From the IMG/VR virus record IMGVR_UViG_2667527698_000006: a stretch of DNA of 10,428 nucleotides, one strand, 5' to 3'. A model generated the notes under the pieces. It was not told where the DNA came from, did not search any database, and was given only the letters and a program-made list of their open reading frames with translations. A program made the position numbers and the translations under genes. Shown here one piece after another: positions 6,288-10,428 of the stretch; position 1 is the stretch's first letter, and every line of letters begins with the position of its first letter. This DNA comes from a virus (Duplodnaviria > Heunggongvirae > Uroviricota > Caudoviricetes).

Positions 6288-8285
6288 CTATTCTGACAAC
6301 GCATCAGACTTGGCACCCTGAGTCAGGGCGTTAATGGCCTTTTGCGCCTGCTGCATGGCTTTCTCAAACGCTGTTGATCCGCGTGGGGTGTTTGCCATTC
6401 GGAGCATTGCATTTCTGAATGGTTCGCTCTCATAGGCGCGAGTAAGAAGTCCGTAGCTTACTGCTGCGCCAGTTGTCGCCGGGTTCATTGCCGTCCCATA
6501 CCCGATAATGAACGGGATGGTTTGCTGCCCTGTTGGTGTTGTTACTGCCGCTTTTGCTGCCTGCTGAGTGGACTGAAGGTAATTTTTCAATCCTTTCAGA
6601 TAAGCAGCGTCCTGCCCCTTAAATGTGATGCCAGTCTGGTTTTGCAGGATGTTAAGCTGCCGAAGGAACTGGTCAGGGGATCCGCCAGATTTCTCCATCG
6701 CCTTTCCAATGATGCCATTGCGCATTTGCACCCTGCCAACACGACCAACTGAGTTATACAGCGTCTTAATTTCCGATTTGTTCTTGCTGAATAGCATGTT
6801 GTTGACAACTTCCGGCGTCAGGTCGCCTTTCATGAGAACATTCTTCAGCCTGGTATTCTTTAGTTTCGCCGCTTCGTCAGCGTAGACGGCATTGGCCTGC
6901 TGATATTTACGGAGAGTATCGTTGCCAAGATTCTGACCAATGGCACCATTGATATCGTCGGTCATCGCCTTGTAAACGCGCTGAATGGCAGCATCGGAAC
7001 GGTTTGGTAACACTGGTCGCTCACCCTTCACGTCCATTCTGAACTGACTGCGCAGGTCGCTTAATTGCTTCAAATCCAGATTTACCGGACCTTCAGGGCC
7101 AGCATTGCGAACAAGCTCATCACGATATGACTGAAGTTTTGAAATTGTCTCGTTATCAGCCACCTTACCAAGCTTCTGCAGGTTAGATATTTCTGTATCA
7201 ATCTGCTGAATTGCTCGCGCAGGCTGAATGTTTACTCCAGCCATAGCATTCTGAACCTGCTCCAGTCGATTACCGGCGGCACGACGAATTCCTGATGTTT
7301 TCGCTTTAAGGCTGTCAATAACAACCGCTGGATCATACTCCCCGAATTTATCAGCAAATCTCTGCACCAACTGGCTTCTCGCTTCCTGTTGCGTTGCTCT
7401 CATTCCGCTTGTTCCAGCCAGAGGGATATTTTCTGCTGTAGTCTGCGCCATTTTTCCGACGCGGGAAGTTGGTTGTAACAGGTCTGTGGTGTGCAGAGGA
7501 ACTCCTTCACGCTCTGCAAATCTGATAGCCTGCTGCGCTTCTGGCGCGATAGCGCCACGAACGCCACGATAAGCAGCACCTAATCCACGTCCGGCAGCGT
7601 TAATAGCACCGCCAGCAAGTACACCAACGCCTAAATCGGTGGCGAGTGCTTCCGCATCATCTTTCGCACTATTTGCAGCAAGTGATCCAACTGCGTTTTC
7701 AGCGAGAAGGCGAGTTGCCCCCTGAGCAATTCGACCAGCAAGTGTTGGTGCCTGTGCTGCCGCTCTCTCAACGCCAGCAGGAGTGAGGTAAGGCAATGCT
7801 TCAGCAAATACCCTTCCCTCTGTCGTTTGTGGAGTCAGCGCACCTTGCTGAAGGCCAAAGTCCTGCTCTAATCCCTGCGTTGTTACTCGTGGCGCTGGTT
7901 GATATGTCCCATCGCCAATGCCGAGTTTACCGCCAGCCCAAGCCGCCGCGCTCGTTACAGCATCGGCAACTGATGCAGGTATATTTGCCACGTTCACGCC
8001 AGCCTGCACCAGTCCGCGACCAGTCTCTTTTACTGCTTCGCCAAGATCAGACATAAATCCACTTTGCTGTGGTTGTTGCTGTGCTACTGGTTGTTGTGTC
8101 TCCACTGGCTGCACAGATGGCAATGGATAGGCAGCATAGAAAGCTTGCTTAGCCTGCTCTGCATTTTCTCCGGCTTGCGGGGCCACGACTTCATTGAAGT
8201 ATTGCTCCTGAGCCTGCGCTTTTTGTTCTGGTGCTAACGCCTGATACTGTGGAGAGGCGATAACATCTTTCCATGCTTTAGCCAT
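6288..8285 (-). CDS. Ejection (DNA-injection) protein, P22 gp16-like
   Basis: 665 aa, Ala/Gln/Gly-rich, last gene of a 7-20-16 collinear block upstream of the immI/tailspike region, as in P22. Start ATG (8285-8283) overlaps the stop of the preceding gene (TAATG), indicating translational coupling. Confidence 0.8.
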   Translation of the reverse strand: MAKAWKDVIASPQYQALAPEQKAQAQEQYFNEVVAPQAGENAEQAKQAFYAAYPLPSVQPVETQQPVAQQQPQQSGFMSDLGEAVKETGRGLVQAGVNVANIPASVADAVTSAAAWAGGKLGIGDGTYQPAPRVTTQGLEQDFGLQQGALTPQTTEGRVFAEALPYLTPAGVERAAAQAPTLAGRIAQGATRLLAENAVGSLAANSAKDDAEALATDLGVGVLAGGAINAAGRGLGAAYRGVRGAIAPEAQQAIRFAEREGVPLHTTDLLQPTSRVGKMAQTTAENIPLAGTSGMRATQQEARSQLVQRFADKFGEYDPAVVIDSLKAKTSGIRRAAGNRLEQVQNAMAGVNIQPARAIQQIDTEISNLQKLGKVADNETISKLQSYRDELVRNAGPEGPVNLDLKQLSDLRSQFRMDVKGERPVLPNRSDAAIQRVYKAMTDDINGAIGQNLGNDTLRKYQQANAVYADEAAKLKNTRLKNVLMKGDLTPEVVNNMLFSKNKSEIKTLYNSVGRVGRVQMRNGIIGKAMEKSGGSPDQFLRQLNILQNQTGITFKGQDAAYLKGLKNYLQSTQQAAKAAVTTPTGQQTIPFIIGYGTAMNPATTGAAVSYGLLTRAYESEPFRNAMLRMANTPRGSTAFEKAMQQAQKAINALTQGAKSDALSE

Positions 8286-9714
8286 TAATCACCCCATAGT
8301 GAAGAAAAGTTACTGCTGGCTGCTGGCTGTGATACCTGTGCAGGTTGAGATTGCTTCCGCTGAGATTTACCAACATTAACGTTATATTGTTGGTTGTAAT
8401 TGTTGGTGTATTCCTGAATCTCACGAATCGACTGCTGCATAGCCTCCGGGCTTGAATAGTCAACCTGCGGCATCCCCTGAAAATACATCTTCGCTTCTGC
8501 AACGGTGTTAATACCACTGGCACCCATGTCCCTTGCTGCCGCCACACCCTGATTCTGCATTCTGCCCTGAATACGTTGTGCTGAGTTATATAACTGGCGC
8601 TGCTCTTTTCCCGTTAATCGGCTGCGAACATCAGCACCAATTGCTGGATTACCTGCACCACCTGTCATTCCTGTCATGAAATCGAGAGCAGAAGCGTCTG
8701 CATTTGCGATCGCGTCGATATCCTTCTTCATGGCATAGTTTTGTGCTGATGCAGACGATGTTGCAGGCGCAGCGATTGAACTGGCAGGGACGCGAACCAT
8801 ATTCCCATCGTTGTCGATGCCTTCGTAGAACGCATTAGCCCCAGCGCCATGAAGCTTCCCGCCTACCGTTACAGTTCTGCCATCTGATAACTGAACTGTA
8901 CGCTCATCATTCCCAGCGATTCCTCTTGTTGACGCTCGCTGCATTGCCAAATCCTGACCTCGTCGCGCAGTAGAAGCAGATAAGTCCTGACCGCGCATCG
9001 TGATGTTCTGGCCTCGTGCTGTTAGCGCCTCGCCAGCCTGATTGCTGCGGATTGTCTCTGCAAGTTTCCCGCGATCAATCTCACGACCAGCCATCTTGTC
9101 CTGAACATTGAAGTAATCAATTGGACCAAGAGCAGCCATTCCAAGGTGATCAACAAACTCACCAAATCCTGAAGGGTTCTGCTGATACATCTGAGCAACG
9201 TTATTAGGGTCAACACCGACGCGCGCCAGCTCATTGGCGTTGTTTTGCAGCCATGATTGCATTGCTTCTGGAGAAGATGACGCAAGACGTGCGCCAGCCG
9301 CTAATGTACCGATAGAATTACGCTGGTCTTCATCAATGAATCCCATGCCTTTACGAACGGATTCAATCTGGTCTGGATATTGAGTAGCCAACTGACGCAA
9401 AGCACCGCGATCACCAGAAGCATAAGCATTAGCGTATGCCTGCTGAAATTCTTTCTGCCGCTGAGCCTGCTTTTCCTGCTGAAACACCCCCGCAATACCT
9501 GAAAGGCCTTGCAAAGCAGTCAGCCCAACATTGTTAGCGCCTGAACGCTCAATATCATTGTTCTGCCTGATAAGCTGAAGNNNNNNNNNNNNNNNNNNNN
9601 NNNNNNNNNNNNNNNNNNNNNNNNNNNNNNNNNNNNNNNNNNNNNNNNNNNNNNNNNNNNNNNNNNNNNNNNNNNNNNNNNNNNNNNNNNATTTGATCCT
9701 TGCCAAGTAGCCAT
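8285..9714 (-). CDS. Ejection protein, P22 gp20-like; coding sequence interrupted by a 110-nt N run, true length and frame across the gap unknown
   Basis: Probable start ATG at 9714 (MATWQGSN...), with GGGG RBS 5 nt upstream and 9 nt after the gp7 stop. Downstream of the gap the long open frame (…[20 protein letters not shown]… to stop at 8285-8287) continues. The ORF-track N-terminus MGRWHW... lies inside gene 7 in another frame and is an artefact of reading through N. Confidence 0.75.
9581..9690. other. Assembly/scaffold gap (110 N)
   Basis: Uninterrupted run of n characters. Confidence 0.99.
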
Positions 9715-9723
9715 GATTACCCC

Positions 9724-10416
9724 TTAAAACAACGAGCCAAGCAATCCGATACCAGCACCAATGCCAGCGCCCCAAGGTGTTGATGTTCCCAAAAGGCTGG
9801 CAAGACCTGCACCGGCAATCGCACCAGACGTTCCGCCACTAATTGCTGTCTGAAGACTTGATGGTTTGTTGGCATTAGCAGCGGCAAGAGCTGCGCTTTG
9901 CTGTGCAATGCTGCTCATGTTGTTGGCGTACGTCTGCCCGGCGTTTGCCTGACCTTGCAGCGCACCAAGCCCAACGTTTGCCAGATTGTTGTAATTGCTC
10001 ATCTGGTTTGATAACCAAGACTGACCGAGTGTCGGCGCGATCGTAGCCAGTTGATTGCTTGTGGCTGTCGAACCAAGTCCACCCGTCGCCTCCGCAGCAG
10101 CAAGACTCTGGTAACGCGCCTGACCTGCAAGGTCTTTATACTGCTGAGAGTTGTAATACTGATTAAGTGCCTGCCCCTGACCTTCTAAACTGGAAAGATT
10201 CTGCAACTGGTTAACATACTGCTCCGCAAGAGGCGTGAACGGAGCAAGGTTTTTCATGATCGTCTGCCACTGCTGATTTTGCAGGTCTGCTGCATACTTC
10301 TGAGCTTCTGCGGCATACTTTGCGCTTTTATCAGAACTTCCACCTTTCCCACCCTTTTCAGGGCAATAAGGTTCCTCGCCGCGCAGTTTTCTGCCCAGCT
10401 TAAATGCATATAACAT
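9724..10416 (-). CDS. Ejection protein, P22 gp7-like
   Basis: 230 aa (P22 gp7 is about 229 aa by recollection), MLYAFKLGRKLRGEEPYCPEKGGKGG... with a Gly/Ala-rich hydrophobic C-terminus. GGAG RBS 7 nt upstream of ATG 10416. First gene of the 7-20-16 block. Confidence 0.8.
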   Translation of the reverse strand: MLYAFKLGRKLRGEEPYCPEKGGKGGSSDKSAKYAAEAQKYAADLQNQQWQTIMKNLAPFTPLAEQYVNQLQNLSSLEGQGQALNQYYNSQQYKDLAGQARYQSLAAAEATGGLGSTATSNQLATIAPTLGQSWLSNQMSNYNNLANVGLGALQGQANAGQTYANNMSSIAQQSAALAAANANKPSSLQTAISGGTSGAIAGAGLASLLGTSTPWGAGIGAGIGLLGSLF

Positions 10417-10428
10417 GGCTATCTCCCG

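Noticed and set aside
6311-6330. Palindrome CCCTGAgTCAGGG as a possible terminator or operator
   Set aside because: Lies inside the gene 16 coding region, the loop is too short for a stable hairpin, and there is no flanking U-tract.
5503-6334. ORFs 5503-5712 (-), 5654-5851 (-) and 6050-6334 (+)
   Set aside because: Antisense to or out of frame with the HNH and mnt genes. None resembles Arc or Ant, which I specifically looked for here.
6522-9495. Multiple 60-90-aa ORFs on either strand within genes 16 and 20 (for example 6522-6752, 6625-6885, 7796-8056, 7918-8130, 8278-8547, 9022-9285, 9301-9495)
   Set aside because: Typical shadow ORFs in GC-richer Ala/Gly/Gln-rich coding sequence. The long minus-strand frames with coupled start/stop and P22 synteny explain the region.
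9715-9775. ORF-track N-terminus [28 protein letters not shown] for the 496-aa minus-strand ORF
   Set aside because: It lies within gene 7 in another frame and is connected to the gp20 body only by translating through the N run. The real gp20 start is more plausibly ATG 9714 with an RBS.
9717-9908. 63-aa minus-strand ORF (9717-9908) overlapping the 3' end of gene 7
   Set aside because: Out-of-frame overlap within gene 7, with no RBS or recognisable domain.
1-10428. CRISPR arrays, IS elements, toxin-antitoxin or other defence cassettes
   Set aside because: No regularly spaced direct repeats, no transposase-like ORF or terminal inverted repeats, and no paired small ORFs with TA-like features were seen. 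The only repeats are the short att-proximal and mnt-upstream motifs noted above.

Overview
This window reads as a contiguous segment of a P22-like temperate podophage of Enterobacteriaceae, in attP (phage-form) gene order. From left to right: the 3' catalytic end of a tyrosine integrase (+), an attP core made of the 3'-terminal 46 nt of a tRNA-Thr(CGU) gene, a gtrA-gtrB-gtrC O-antigen glucosylation (serotype-conversion) operon (+), a bidirectional terminator hairpin, a tailspike gene (-), an HNH/AP2 endonuclease gene (+) sitting where P22 carries arc/ant, an Mnt-like repressor (+), and the three ejection-protein genes in P22 order 16, 20, 7 (-). Gene 20 is interrupted by a 110-nt run of N (scaffold gap). 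I do not see a CRISPR array, a complete RNA gene, or a clear-cut new defence system. The parts most worth follow-up are the tailspike (conserved head-binding N-terminus fused to a receptor-binding domain I do not recognise), the HNH endonuclease that replaces arc/ant and leaves mnt orphaned, the AT-rich gtrC of unknown specificity, and a frame disruption at the 5' edge of int. All similarity statements are from memory of family sequences and motifs read off the translations; no database search was run.
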